Positions 28,512 to 38,240 are shown, numbered from the stretch's first letter. The stretch: 64,000 nucleotides of DNA from Promethearchaeota archaeon (GCA_048937405.1 JBHLNF010000013.1:1-64000); one strand, 5' to 3'. Translations and numbers: made by a program. Notes: generated by a model not told the origin, from the sequence alone.

Positions 28512-29915
28512 ATGGGGGATTACATGGTTAAAATACCAAGACAAAAAATGAGAGAACAAGACCCTTCAGAAAGAACACATAACTTTTATGAAGTTGCTTT
28601 AGGTTTTACTAAAGAGATGGCTGAAATAGAGGCCCAAAGATGTCTACAATGTGGTGACCCAAAATGTGTAAATGGATGTCCTGTCAATATTGATATCCCT
28701 AACTTTATTCGATTAATTAAGGAAGATAATTTATTGGAAGCTATTCGTAATATTAAAGAATATAATATTTTACCTGCAATATGTGGAAGAGTATGCCCCC
28801 AAGAAGTTCAATGTGAAGAAGCATGTATTCTAAGTAAAAGATGGGAACCTGTAGCAATTGGAGCACTTGAAAGATATGTTGCAGATTGGGAAAGAAAAAA
28901 TCAACTGAAAGAGTGTCCTGATTGTGAAGCTCCTAATAACATAAAAGTTGCGGTCATCGGATCAGGACCTGCTGGTCTCACTTGCGCCGCTGATCTTGCT
29001 CGATTTGGATTTGATGTTACAATTTTTGAGGCATTTCATAAAGGTGGAGGCGTTTTAGTTTATGGAATCCCTGAATTTAGACTTCCTAAAGAAATTGTTA
29101 ATGATGAAATTGAGACTCTAAAAATGTTAGGGGTTAAGATTAAGTACAATATGATAATAGGGAAAATATTAAATATAGATGATTTAAAGGAGATGGGCTT
29201 CAAAGCATTTTTTATAGGTGTTGGGGCAGGATTACCATCAATGAGAAAAATTCCTGGAATGAATCTAAATGGAGTTCTAACTGCGAATGAATTTCTAACA
29301 AGAACTAATTTAATGAAAGCATATAAATTTCCAGAATACGATACGCCTATCAAAATAGGTAAAATAATTGCAGTCATTGGCGGAGGAAATGTAGCCTTAG
29401 ATTCTGCTCGTGTTGCATTACGACTTGGTGCTGAAAAAGTTATTATAGTATATAGACGAACTGAAGCGGAAATGCCGGCAAGAAAAGAAGAGTACCACCA
29501 CGCGGTAGAAGAAGGAATTGAATTTCAGTTTTTAGCAAATCCTATAAAATTTCTTGGAGATGATGAAGGAAATGTCAATAGGATGGAAGTTCTTAAAATG
29601 AAATTGGGAGAACCTGATGCTTCTGGAAGACCAAGACCAATTCCAATTGAAAATTCAGAATATATTATTAATTGTGATACCATCATTATAGCAATTGGTA
29701 CTAATGCTAACCCTGTTTTAACAAAATCAATCCCAGACTTAAAATTAACTAAATGGGGTTATATAGAAACAGATGAAAATGGACATACAAATTTAGAAGG
29801 AATTTTTGCAGGTGGAGATATTGTAACTGGTTCAGCAACAGTAATCAGCGCGATGGGTGCAGGACGTAAAGCCGCAAAAACAATTAATCAATATTTAAAA
29901 TCAAAATATTCATAA
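28512..29915 (+). CDS. nfnB: NfnB/SudA-like (GltD-homologous) NADPH oxidoreductase
   Basis: RCLQC..PKCVNGCP, CGRVCPQE.QCE, GSGPAG, YGIPEFRL, GGGNVA, AGGD; abuts nfnA. Confidence 0.9.
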   Translation: MGDYMVKIPRQKMREQDPSERTHNFYEVALGFTKEMAEIEAQRCLQCGDPKCVNGCPVNIDIPNFIRLIKEDNLLEAIRNIKEYNILPAICGRVCPQEVQCEEACILSKRWEPVAIGALERYVADWERKNQLKECPDCEAPNNIKVAVIGSGPAGLTCAADLARFGFDVTIFEAFHKGGGVLVYGIPEFRLPKEIVNDEIETLKMLGVKIKYNMIIGKILNIDDLKEMGFKAFFIGVGAGLPSMRKIPGMNLNGVLTANEFLTRTNLMKAYKFPEYDTPIKIGKIIAVIGGGNVALDSARVALRLGAEKVIIVYRRTEAEMPARKEEYHHAVEEGIEFQFLANPIKFLGDDEGNVNRMEVLKMKLGEPDASGRPRPIPIENSEYIINCDTIIIAIGTNANPVLTKSIPDLKLTKWGYIETDENGHTNLEGIFAGGDIVTGSATVISAMGAGRKAAKTINQYLKSKYS

Positions 29916-30104
29916 ATTTATTAACAACTATTTAAGAATAAAAAGACTCCCATTCAAATCCCTCAACAAACTTTTATTCGATTATTTTATTAATTTATTA
30001 ATTATTATAAAAATTCTTCAGAAAAATTATATCACTCATAGTTTTATTTGAAAAAAATTCATTTTATTAAAGATTAATAAATAATTTAAAGGTGGAAAAT
30101 AAGA

Positions 30105-31355
30105 GTGAGTGAAAACTTAGATCCCTTTACTATAGCAAAAACACAACTTTCTGATGCATGTAAAATAGTTGAATATGATAGTGATATTTATAACGCATTA
30201 AGCGAGCCAGAAAGATTCGTTCAAATTAAAATTACTATGAAAATGGATGATGGTTCAATAAAAACTTTTAAGGGATTTCGTTCGCAATACAATTCAGCAA
30301 GAGGTCCAATGAAAGGTGGAATTAGATGGCACCCTGAAGAAAGTGCCTCTCTTGTAAAAGCATTGTCAGCATGGATGACATGGAAAACAGCGTGTGTAGA
30401 CATTCCATTAGGTGGCGCTAAAGGTGGAATTATTTGTGATCCAAGGAAGATGAGTGCTAGGGAGATAGAGACGTTAGCTAGAAGCTATATCCGACAGATA
30501 GCTGATTTCATTGGTCCCCATATCGATATTCCTGCTCCAGATGTTTACACAAATCCACAAATCATGGCCTACATGATGGATGAATATGAAAAGATAATCC
30601 GAAGACATGCCCCTTCAGTTATAACAGGAAAACCACTCCCTTTAGGTGGAAGTGCAGGACGATCTATTTCTACAGCACAAGGTGGTATTTATACGATTAG
30701 GGAAGCCGCAAACGATATTGGATTAAATTTAAACGGTGCAAAAGTAGTAGTTCAAGGTTATGGAAATGCAGGCTCGTGGGCAGCCAAAATATTACAAAAT
30801 GACTTTAATTGTAAAATTGTCGCTGTTTCAGACTCTCAAGGTGCAATTTTTAAGAATAATGGAATTGATGCACAAGCTGCAGCAGACCATAAGAGTCAGA
30901 CTAGATCTGTTATTGGATTAAAAGGAACTAGTCAGATATCAAATGATGAATTATTAGAATTAGAATGTGATGTACTCATCCCAGCTGCTCTTGAAAACGT
31001 AATTACAAAAAAAAATGCAAATAATATTAAATGTCAAATTGTGGCAGAACTTGCCAACGGTCCAACAACTCCAGATGCAGATAAAATACTTTATGAAAAA
31101 GGAATAGAAGTTATTCCTGATTTTTTATGTAATGCTGGGGGAGTTACAGTCTCTTATTTTGAAATGGTCCAAGGATACTATAGTTATTTTTGGACAGAAA
31201 AAGAAGTATTTGAAGCATTAGATAGAGTTATGACTAGAGCTTATCGTTCTACAGTTGAAGAAGCTAATAAATATGATACCCATAATCGAATGGGAGCCTA
31301 TATAATCTCTTTAGAACGTGTTATTGAAGCAATGAAACTAAGAGGTTGGCTTTAA
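30105..31355 (+). CDS. gdhA: glutamate dehydrogenase
   Basis: [53 protein letters not shown]. Confidence 0.96.
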   Translation: MSENLDPFTIAKTQLSDACKIVEYDSDIYNALSEPERFVQIKITMKMDDGSIKTFKGFRSQYNSARGPMKGGIRWHPEESASLVKALSAWMTWKTACVDIPLGGAKGGIICDPRKMSAREIETLARSYIRQIADFIGPHIDIPAPDVYTNPQIMAYMMDEYEKIIRRHAPSVITGKPLPLGGSAGRSISTAQGGIYTIREAANDIGLNLNGAKVVVQGYGNAGSWAAKILQNDFNCKIVAVSDSQGAIFKNNGIDAQAAADHKSQTRSVIGLKGTSQISNDELLELECDVLIPAALENVITKKNANNIKCQIVAELANGPTTPDADKILYEKGIEVIPDFLCNAGGVTVSYFEMVQGYYSYFWTEKEVFEALDRVMTRAYRSTVEEANKYDTHNRMGAYIISLERVIEAMKLRGWL

Positions 31356-31422
31356 TTTTAGGATATTAAAAGCTTTATCAATAAAGAATTTTCTAATTTC
31401 TTTTCTTATTTAATTAAAATTT

Positions 31423-32739
31423 TCACCCAAAAAAAGGAATTAGGATTAACAAAAAGAGAATTGATATTCCTAAATGAACTAGAGCAAAAATAGCGCCCAT
31501 TTTTAATAACCGTTTATAATTTAGGTTTTCTACTCCTGAATCCCGTGCAATTTTCAATGTCATCATATCACAAGCAGCTCCCTGAGGTATAAAATTACCT
31601 CCTAAATTAATTCCTATTATAAAGGCAAAAAGAAGAGGAACTGAAGCAAAACCAAAACCACCATCATTACCGATGGGTGTTATGAGCAAATTAACAATTG
31701 GTATAAATATTAAGGCTGTGGGTGTGTTAGCGACTACTCCTGAAATAAAGCTAACGATTACAAGTATAATAAGTGATACAAGAAAGAGATTAAGAGTTTG
31801 GAATGGAATTGCTTCAAAAATTTCTGCAAATCCCGCTTCTAAAAGACACCCTATAACAACATAAAGACTTATAAAGAAAAATATTATTTCCCATTCAATA
31901 TCTCTTAAAAGGTTACTCATAGGCTTTTTTGTATAACTTTTATTTACTAAAACCATAATTAAAGCTGATATCGCAGCAGTTAAGTATAACAAGGGAAGTA
32001 TCGCAAAGAGGATAATTGTTATAATTATTGCAATACTATTAAAATAGAACATTTTTTTGTTTTTTACCATTATATCAGTATCTACTAAATCCATAACATA
32101 CTTTCTCTGCATATCTTCGATTTTTGGTTCTTTCCTTAAAATATATCTATCTATTAAAAAAATTGTGAAAAATAACAGAAAAAAAGAAAATATCCAAAAA
32201 TATTGAATGAAATATACTGTATCAAGATTGAAAGCTGTAGAGATTATTATATTTTCTCCACTTGAAAATGGTGTAATAATTGATCCAATATTTATACAGA
32301 TAGTCATACCTAAGAGATAAGTTCCTGCTCTTATTTTTAAAAAGTGACATAATCTTACAACTATAGGAGCTAAAATCAATACAACAACAACATCACTTAT
32401 TATTGATGCTAAAAGTGTGGTTATAATACATAGGAGCCAGAAAAAGATTCTTTGTTCACCTTTAGATAATTTAAAAAGTTTAACAGCGACAAATTCTAAT
32501 ATATTCGAATCTTGTGCTATTTTTGTTATAAGACTCATACTTAATATAATAATAATAGCCTCCCATTCAATAGTGCCTATAAAAAAGTTAATATCTTTCC
32601 CTTTTACCAACCCTGTTATTGTAGCAGCGGTAAAACAACATATCAAAGAAATTGCGACAAAGTCTAGTTTAGAAATCGAATAGCTTAAAATGATTAAGAT
32701 GAACAAAATGAAAATTATTATAAGTAATATGAGGTCCAT
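31423..32739 (-). CDS. ArsB/CitMHS/SLC13-like ion transporter
   Basis: About 12 TM; NIGSIITPFSSGENIII and NLGGNFIPQGA hairpin motifs. Confidence 0.8.
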   Translation of the reverse strand: MDLILLIIIFILFILIILSYSISKLDFVAISLICCFTAATITGLVKGKDINFFIGTIEWEAIIIILSMSLITKIAQDSNILEFVAVKLFKLSKGEQRIFFWLLCIITTLLASIISDVVVVLILAPIVVRLCHFLKIRAGTYLLGMTICINIGSIITPFSSGENIIISTAFNLDTVYFIQYFWIFSFFLLFFTIFLIDRYILRKEPKIEDMQRKYVMDLVDTDIMVKNKKMFYFNSIAIIITIILFAILPLLYLTAAISALIMVLVNKSYTKKPMSNLLRDIEWEIIFFFISLYVVIGCLLEAGFAEIFEAIPFQTLNLFLVSLIILVIVSFISGVVANTPTALIFIPIVNLLITPIGNDGGFGFASVPLLFAFIIGINLGGNFIPQGAACDMMTLKIARDSGVENLNYKRLLKMGAIFALVHLGISILFLLILIPFFG

Positions 32740-32912
32740 TATTTTTTTAAGTTAATCATTAGAAGACGATTAATAAATTAAATAAATCTATTCTAATAAA
32801 TCTATTTATTATAAGCAAGATTTAATTTTCATATAAATAAGTTAAGGAAAATAAATATTTTAGCTAATTCTTATTTAAGATCATACGGATTAAAAAATTA
32901 GATGAAATTTTT

Positions 32913-33758
32913 TCATTTTATTAAAAAAAGTTGGAGTAAAAATGTAAATAGATTCAAATCATTTAATAAATTGAAGTTTGAAAGTAAATAGTCAAAAAAA
33001 TTTTCTTCAATAAAATATTTTAAACTAGTATAATATCCTACTTCATTTTTGATGATTTCTATAATTCTCCTAATTAAACCTAAAATTTGTTTTTCTACAA
33101 TAAACATATCACAGCTCATAGGATCAATGTTAATAATGTTAAATCCTATGTCTCTTTCAAATGTAATTTTACTCAATTCAGGATTTTTTTTCACAATATC
33201 CAAATCTGAATAGTTTTTAAACATATCTTCTATGTCATCATAAATAATTGCTTTTTTTTTCTGAGATACCTGTCCTCCTATCACATTCACCGCTAAGTTT
33301 AATATTTGTTGAAATATTCCTAAAATATCGAAAAATTCAGCGAAAGTGGTTATACGTTCTGCTTGCTTCCATTGTCTGTAATATTCATCAATAACATTTT
33401 CAAATGGTTTATAGAGTTCAACATTTCCAGCCCATTTTGATCCCCAACGATTTCCCTTATTAGCATATTGCTGAATAAATGTATGACGAATAACATCTAA
33501 TCGAGCCCGCAATATTTCAGTAGTTACCTCTTTTGAATCTGCTCCTATAAATAGTAGATTTGTGTCCTTATCACTTATATAAACCCAGCGTAAACCTCCC
33601 ATTTCAATGGATTCAATTCCTTGTTTGAACTCTACCATTGTAAATTGATTTAGAGCTGTTAAAAGCCCTGATACTAGATCTTCATTAACAGGAAAATCCA
33701 TATATGGCTTGTAGACGAGAGTAATTCCTGAGTCACTCTCCATAACCCAAATATTCAT
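32913..33758 (-). CDS. longin/roadblock-like domain protein (Asgard type)
   Basis: SGITLVY...DLVSGLLTALNQF...IESIEMG pattern typical of Asgard longin-like domains. Confidence 0.65.
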   Translation of the reverse strand: MNIWVMESDSGITLVYKPYMDFPVNEDLVSGLLTALNQFTMVEFKQGIESIEMGGLRWVYISDKDTNLLFIGADSKEVTTEILRARLDVIRHTFIQQYANKGNRWGSKWAGNVELYKPFENVIDEYYRQWKQAERITTFAEFFDILGIFQQILNLAVNVIGGQVSQKKKAIIYDDIEDMFKNYSDLDIVKKNPELSKITFERDIGFNIINIDPMSCDMFIVEKQILGLIRRIIEIIKNEVGYYTSLKYFIEENFFDYLLSNFNLLNDLNLFTFLLQLFLIK

Positions 33759-33838
33759 CGTAATATCCTAGTTTTTCAAAAATCTCCAATAAATAATATA
33801 CTATTCTGCTAATTAAAACATATCGTATCCAAATATTA

Positions 33839-34327
33839 TCATAAATCATTTAAAGAATTAGATTTTAACCATCTTTGTAAATTTCGTAACATATCTGTGA
33901 TTTTAGTTCTCAAAGCGAGTTCAGCTGCACTTCTTCCGATTAAGCCAAGAAAATCATTACTCAGCTTAAAGTTGTTTATAAAAACGCCAATTTTAGATTT
34001 ATCATCTGATATTTCCTTTATTCGTATACGACCTTCTAATTCTCTAACGTCCTTATTATTCCGAACGTTCAAATCAATTAATCGACCTTTTCCTCCTTCT
34101 TGTTCACCCTTATCTTGCAATACTAATTCTCCTTCCATTTCTATTTTAATATTAATGATTTCATCCACAACTTTGGTGAATAACACATTTGGGGCTAAGA
34201 ATTCGGCTTGCATCTCTTTAGCTGGATTAACCCTTAACCAAAATTCTGGTTTATAAATGGCATTTATAAAAGCCTCTTTATTGCAGTTTTCTATCTCTAC
34301 AACTTTAGAAATTATATTATTTGACAC
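33839..34327 (-). CDS. hypothetical protein, possible SRPBCC/START-like fold
   Basis: 162 aa, alternating beta strands and a long C-terminal helix. Confidence 0.65.
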   Translation of the reverse strand: MSNNIISKVVEIENCNKEAFINAIYKPEFWLRVNPAKEMQAEFLAPNVLFTKVVDEIINIKIEMEGELVLQDKGEQEGGKGRLIDLNVRNNKDVRELEGRIRIKEISDDKSKIGVFINNFKLSNDFLGLIGRSAAELALRTKITDMLRNLQRWLKSNSLNDL

Positions 34328-34416
34328 AAATATTCCAATTTTACTTTCTTTTTAAGTAAGTATAATGATGATAACTTTTTAGCTTTTTGAATTTTTAATG
34401 CTTATCCGAAGAATAA

Positions 34417-34479
34417 AGCCTCAGTCTTCCAAGATTTAATCATTTAGGAATCATTATGAGTTAATTTTCATCATCGGCT
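34417..34479 (-). ncRNA. C/D box guide sRNA
   Basis: Minus strand: AGCC g ATGATGA(C) aaattaactcata ATGA(D') ttcctaa ATGATTA(C') aatcttggaaga CTGA(D) GGCT; terminal 4-bp stem and 12-13 nt guides. Confidence 0.8.
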
Positions 34480-34528
34480 ATTATTTTGGAACAAAAATTA
34501 TAATTAAAAAAAATGAAAGATACAAGGA

Positions 34529-34732
34529 TTAGGTAATTCGGAACAATTTACTACTTTCAATATCATTTTCTTCATTACAATGAGGACAAATCCACACTTT
34601 TTCATTCTTTTTTACAGAGTCAATGCATTCATGACATATAGCAATATCACAAATACAGTAATGGGTAGATTCCATTGATGATTGACAACTCTTACCACAG
34701 CTGTAACAAATAGGAGGGGTTCGTTCTGACAT
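34529..34732 (-). CDS. stand-alone RING-like (C4C4) zinc-finger protein
   Basis: C-x2-C-x13-C-x-C-x4-C-x2-C-x12-C-P-x-C. Start probably MSERT (34732). Confidence 0.7.
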   Translation of the reverse strand: MSERTPPICYSCGKSCQSSMESTHYCICDIAICHECIDSVKKNEKVWICPHCNEENDIESSKLFRIT

Positions 34733-34829
34733 TTTAAAAATAATATCCAATTATATATTATTCTTTATTATACTTTTAATTTTAAGTATTATATTATTTT
34801 AATTATTACATATAAGTTTTCACTTAATC

Positions 34830-35021
34830 ATGGAAAAAATAAGTTCGACAATTCGATTATTAGCTTTATTTAGCATCTTTTTTATTTATAAAGCGATCAT
34901 GGCAGTAGTTGAAGATAATTCAAATGAACTTATTTTATGGTCATTAATTACAATTATTTATATAATTTCAATAGTAATTATGTATTTCGTATTTAGGCAG
35001 CGGGAGAAGGATAAAACTTAG
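34830..35021 (+). CDS. small 2-TM membrane protein
   Basis: 63 aa, two hydrophobic helices, basic tail. Confidence 0.65.
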   Translation: MEKISSTIRLLALFSIFFIYKAIMAVVEDNSNELILWSLITIIYIISIVIMYFVFRQREKDKT

Positions 35022-35023
35022 GT

Positions 35024-35326
35024 TTATTTTCTTTTCTTTAAAAAATCTGGTATCATTCCATTAATTCCAAGATTTTTTAAAATAGTATCTTTTATATTCA
35101 TCTGAATTGTTAAGTCAGACATTTTGGTTATAGCATTCTCTATAGCTTTAGAAAATGTTTCACTTGCCTCTTTAATTGTTTGAGAAGTTATCTTTAAAGA
35201 TTCTCTTATAGCTAAGTTTGTCTCTTGTAATTCTGCTGTCAAGTTTTCCATACTTTTTTGCATTTCAGAAATTTCCTTTTTTAATTCTTTGAATCCTGCC
35301 ATTTTTTCAATAACTCTCTTTCTCAT
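35024..35326 (-). CDS. coiled-coil hypothetical protein
   Basis: Heptad-rich 100 aa ORF (real start may be MAGFKE). Confidence 0.7.
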   Translation of the reverse strand: MRKRVIEKMAGFKELKKEISEMQKSMENLTAELQETNLAIRESLKITSQTIKEASETFSKAIENAITKMSDLTIQMNIKDTILKNLGINGMIPDFLKKRK

Positions 35327-35423
35327 TCCGAATAAATATCTAATATTTATTAAAATTAGTAAATACTAATTAAAACTAAGCTTTTTTTAAAAATCATATA
35401 AAAAAAAGAGAGATAAAATTAAA

Positions 35424-36113
35424 TTATAAAATGTTAATTCCAAAAATACTTACACCCCATATCCATAACGCGAATCCTTGAATAAAGCAGAAGATCATTA
35501 TTACAAAAGCAATTGGAGGCCAAGATAAGAATTTGGAAACTTTCTGTAATGTTCCTATAGAAAATTTAGCCATGAGACCTACTATAACGGTCACAATAAT
35601 AAAGATTATTACAAGTATCCATTTTGGGTTTATTACACCAGCAATCACTTGAACAGCTCCATCAGGAACAAGTAAAGCTATGATAAACACTGTTGCAGTA
35701 CCGGCTATAAGCCCTAATATGCTTGAAAGTGGTAAATCTGAGATTGGTTTAAAAAAAATAGCTATTCCAATAACTATTAAGAATATACTTGTGAAATGAT
35801 TTGCAGCATTCTCAGTCACATCTCTATATTGAAAACTAGGAGGTATATTTAAGATGAGACTTACCGCTCCAGACCATATAACAAAGATTCCAAGAATCAA
35901 TCCTATATATGATAATCCTCTTAGAAATTTTGTAATATCAAATTTTTCTTCTTCGGTTTTTCTTTTTAAAAACGATCCTCTACGTTTTCTTTCATACCCC
36001 AACCATGTAATCGCCATTAAACCACTTAAAATCATCATTATTGCCCCTGATTCAGCAACCCAATTAAAAAATCCTTTAATTACATCCCAATAGTCGAAAA
36101 GCAATTTAATCAA
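35424..36113 (-). CDS. hypothetical membrane protein (~6 TM)
   Basis: 229 aa hydrophobic ORF. Confidence 0.75.
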   Translation of the reverse strand: MIKLLFDYWDVIKGFFNWVAESGAIMMILSGLMAITWLGYERKRRGSFLKRKTEEEKFDITKFLRGLSYIGLILGIFVIWSGAVSLILNIPPSFQYRDVTENAANHFTSIFLIVIGIAIFFKPISDLPLSSILGLIAGTATVFIIALLVPDGAVQVIAGVINPKWILVIIFIIVTVIVGLMAKFSIGTLQKVSKFLSWPPIAFVIMIFCFIQGFALWIWGVSIFGINIL

Positions 36114-36255
36114 CTCTAATGAAAATTTTAAATTAAATAACAGTTAGGTTAGGCTTTTAAAAATCTATTGAAAACTAAGTTTAAAATTATAATAATAATC
36201 TATTTATTACCTTACTTGTTTTTTTATCTAAAAAACACTATAAAGTATCTAAACT

Positions 36256-36429
36256 ATGTCTGAATGGAAAAATAAATTAGAAAATGATACTAATGATTCC
36301 TGTAATAGTGAAATATCTTGTACTGGTTGAGCCATTATTGATGGTGTCATAAACGGGATAAGAAGTCTTAAAAAACGATATAAAAAAAGAAAGCAATTAA
36401 AAATTAAATCAAAAGCTCTCAAGGAATAG
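36256..36429 (+). CDS. candidate small selenoprotein/UGA-readthrough protein A (57 aa, CxxU)
   Basis: MSEWKNKLENDTNDSCNSEISCTG-[TGA 36328-36330]-AIIDGVINGIRSLKKRYKKRKQLKIKSKALKE-TAG; frame open for 32 codons after the TGA. Confidence 0.6.
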
Positions 36430-36434
36430 ATTGT

Positions 36435-36479
36435 TAAATTTTAGAATCTAAACCGATAAATTCCGCAAAAATTTCGAGA
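36435..36479 (+). promoter_or_regulatory. conserved 3' two-hairpin element, copy A (candidate recoding element)
   Basis: TAAATT-TTAG-AATCTA aaccgat AAATTC-CGCAA-AAATTT CGAGA; begins 5 nt after the TAG. Confidence 0.55.
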
Positions 36480-36640
36480 ACTTAACATTATGACTTATTA
36501 TTTTTTATTGACAATAAATAAAAGTCTTAAAAGTTTTATAGAAAATTAGATTATATAATTGAATTTTAATTATTTATAATCACTACTCTTTTATTTATAA
36601 TTTAACAGATAAAAATCAGATACTATAAGGATATAAAATC

Positions 36641-36796
36641 ATGAAAGATGAAATTGACTATTTAGATCTTGGATTTGATGATGAGTGTTACAGTACAAGT
36701 TGAGATATGATGAGAATGTGGTATAAAAGAATACAAAAACTACAAAAGATACATAATGAAAAAATAGAAAATGATAAAGAAATCTCAAAGAATTAA
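36641..36796 (+). CDS. candidate small selenoprotein/UGA-readthrough protein B (51 aa, CxxxxU)
   Basis: MKDEIDYLDLGFDDECYSTS-[TGA 36701-36703]-DMMRMWYKRIQKLQKIHNEKIENDKEISKN-TAA; AAGGA upstream. Confidence 0.6.
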
Positions 36797-36801
36797 ATCA
36801 A

Positions 36802-36844
36802 TAAATCTTAGGATTTAATTTTGAGTTCTGCAAGAACTCAGAGA
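36802..36844 (+). promoter_or_regulatory. conserved 3' two-hairpin element, copy B (candidate recoding element)
   Basis: TAAATC-TTAG-GATTTA atttt GAGTTC-TGCAA-GAACTC AGAGA; begins 5 nt after the TAA; compensatory changes relative to copy A. Confidence 0.55.
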
Positions 36845-36863
36845 TAAGAATAATTTTATATTT

Positions 36864-38240
36864 TTAACTTTTTTTTGGTTCTCCAGGACCTTCTCCTACT
36901 TTTCGATAAATAAATCCTTTTTCTTGCAGTAATTTTTTGTTAAAGATATTTCTACCATCGATGATAATAGGTGTCCTTACTCTTTTTTTTAAATCATCCA
37001 AATCAATATTGTAATATTCACTATGATTTGTTGCAAAGATAAGTACATCAGCATTAGAAACAGCTTTATTAAAATCATTTGTAAGTTCTGTAAGTCTGTA
37101 ATCTCTCTCATTTACATATGGATCATGCGCAATATAGATGATATTATGAGAATGATATCGTCCTTGTAGTACTTTTACAATATTTTCGGTGGGGGTATTA
37201 CGTGTATCATCAGTGTCTGCTTTATAAGAAACACCTAAAAGAACAATTTTAATATTATCTACTAATTTATGAACCTCTCTGAATACATCCTCCATTAATT
37301 CAACCATATGATATGGCATATAGTCATTTAAATTTCTCGAGTTTGGAATAAGCTTTATTTTCTCTTTGTTTTTCTTTTCTGTATATTTATCATAACCGTA
37401 TAATAATAACCAGGGATCCTTCGTTAGACAATGTCCTCCTACACCACTACCAGGATAATGCATCATCCTATCATGTCTGTGATTTATAAATTCAACAATA
37501 TCATATATATTTCTATCGAAATCTTCACATAGTAAAGCCATTTCGTTTGCAAATGCTATATTAACATCTCGATATGAATTTTCAATACATTTAGTTAGTT
37601 CTGCAGTAAGGGTATCTGTTACTTGAAGCTCTTTCTTAACAACCTTTCCGTATAAGAATTTTGCTCTTTCATTGGCTTCCTTACAACCACCTCCAATGAC
37701 TCTAGGAAAATCGGTGATATATTCCAATAATTTTCCTGGCATAACCCGTTCAAAAGAAAATACAAGATAAAAATCTTGCCCTCTTTTGAGTCCACTACCC
37801 TCTTCTAAGATTGTTTGTACTATATTATTTGTAGTACCTGGAGCTACTGTGGATTCAATAATGATTGTAACTCCTTTTTTTAAGTTTTTTGAGATTTTAC
37901 GAGAAACTTCAATTAATGATTCATACCTAGGGATTTTATTTTCATCAACAGGGGTTTGAACATCTATTAAAATATAATCAGCTTTATTAACAAGTTTGTA
38001 ATTATCAGTTACTTTAAATTTCCCATTTTTAATAACTCTAGAAATTAATTCATCTAAACCAGGTTCATCTCCTTCAAAAGGATTCTTACCTTGGTTGAGC
38101 CAATCGATTTTCCATCCTGATCTTTGTGATCTTCGCTGAATTCCAGTTACATAAAATTCATCAACATCAGCAAGTAATGCTGCCATAGGAATACCAACAT
38201 ATCCCATCCCTATGACAACGATATTAGTGGTCATTATCAA
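36864..38240 (-). CDS. nucleotide-sugar dehydrogenase (UDP-ManNAc/GlcNAc dehydrogenase, WecC-like)
   Basis: GMGYVG, VQTP, IIESTVAPGTT, ERVMPG, ENSYRDVNIAFANE, GVGGHCL, SYKADTDDTR, IIDGRN. Confidence 0.92.
   Translation of the reverse strand: MIMTTNIVVIGMGYVGIPMAALLADVDEFYVTGIQRRSQRSGWKIDWLNQGKNPFEGDEPGLDELISRVIKNGKFKVTDNYKLVNKADYILIDVQTPVDENKIPRYESLIEVSRKISKNLKKGVTIIIESTVAPGTTNNIVQTILEEGSGLKRGQDFYLVFSFERVMPGKLLEYITDFPRVIGGGCKEANERAKFLYGKVVKKELQVTDTLTAELTKCIENSYRDVNIAFANEMALLCEDFDRNIYDIVEFINHRHDRMMHYPGSGVGGHCLTKDPWLLLYGYDKYTEKKNKEKIKLIPNSRNLNDYMPYHMVELMEDVFREVHKLVDNIKIVLLGVSYKADTDDTRNTPTENIVKVLQGRYHSHNIIYIAHDPYVNERDYRLTELTNDFNKAVSNADVLIFATNHSEYYNIDLDDLKKRVRTPIIIDGRNIFNKKLLQEKGFIYRKVGEGPGEPKKS

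Noticed and set aside
28512-29915. Call as glutamate synthase small subunit gltD/gltA
   Set aside because: Direct adjacency to an NfnA/SudB gene fits NfnB/SudA better; a GOGAT role is unproven.
36490-36530. ATGACTT...AAGTC hairpin downstream of UGA ORF A as a canonical AUGA/GA SECIS
   Set aside because: The 3' strand pairs Watson-Crick with GAC and has no GA for the kink-turn, and there is no counterpart behind ORF B.
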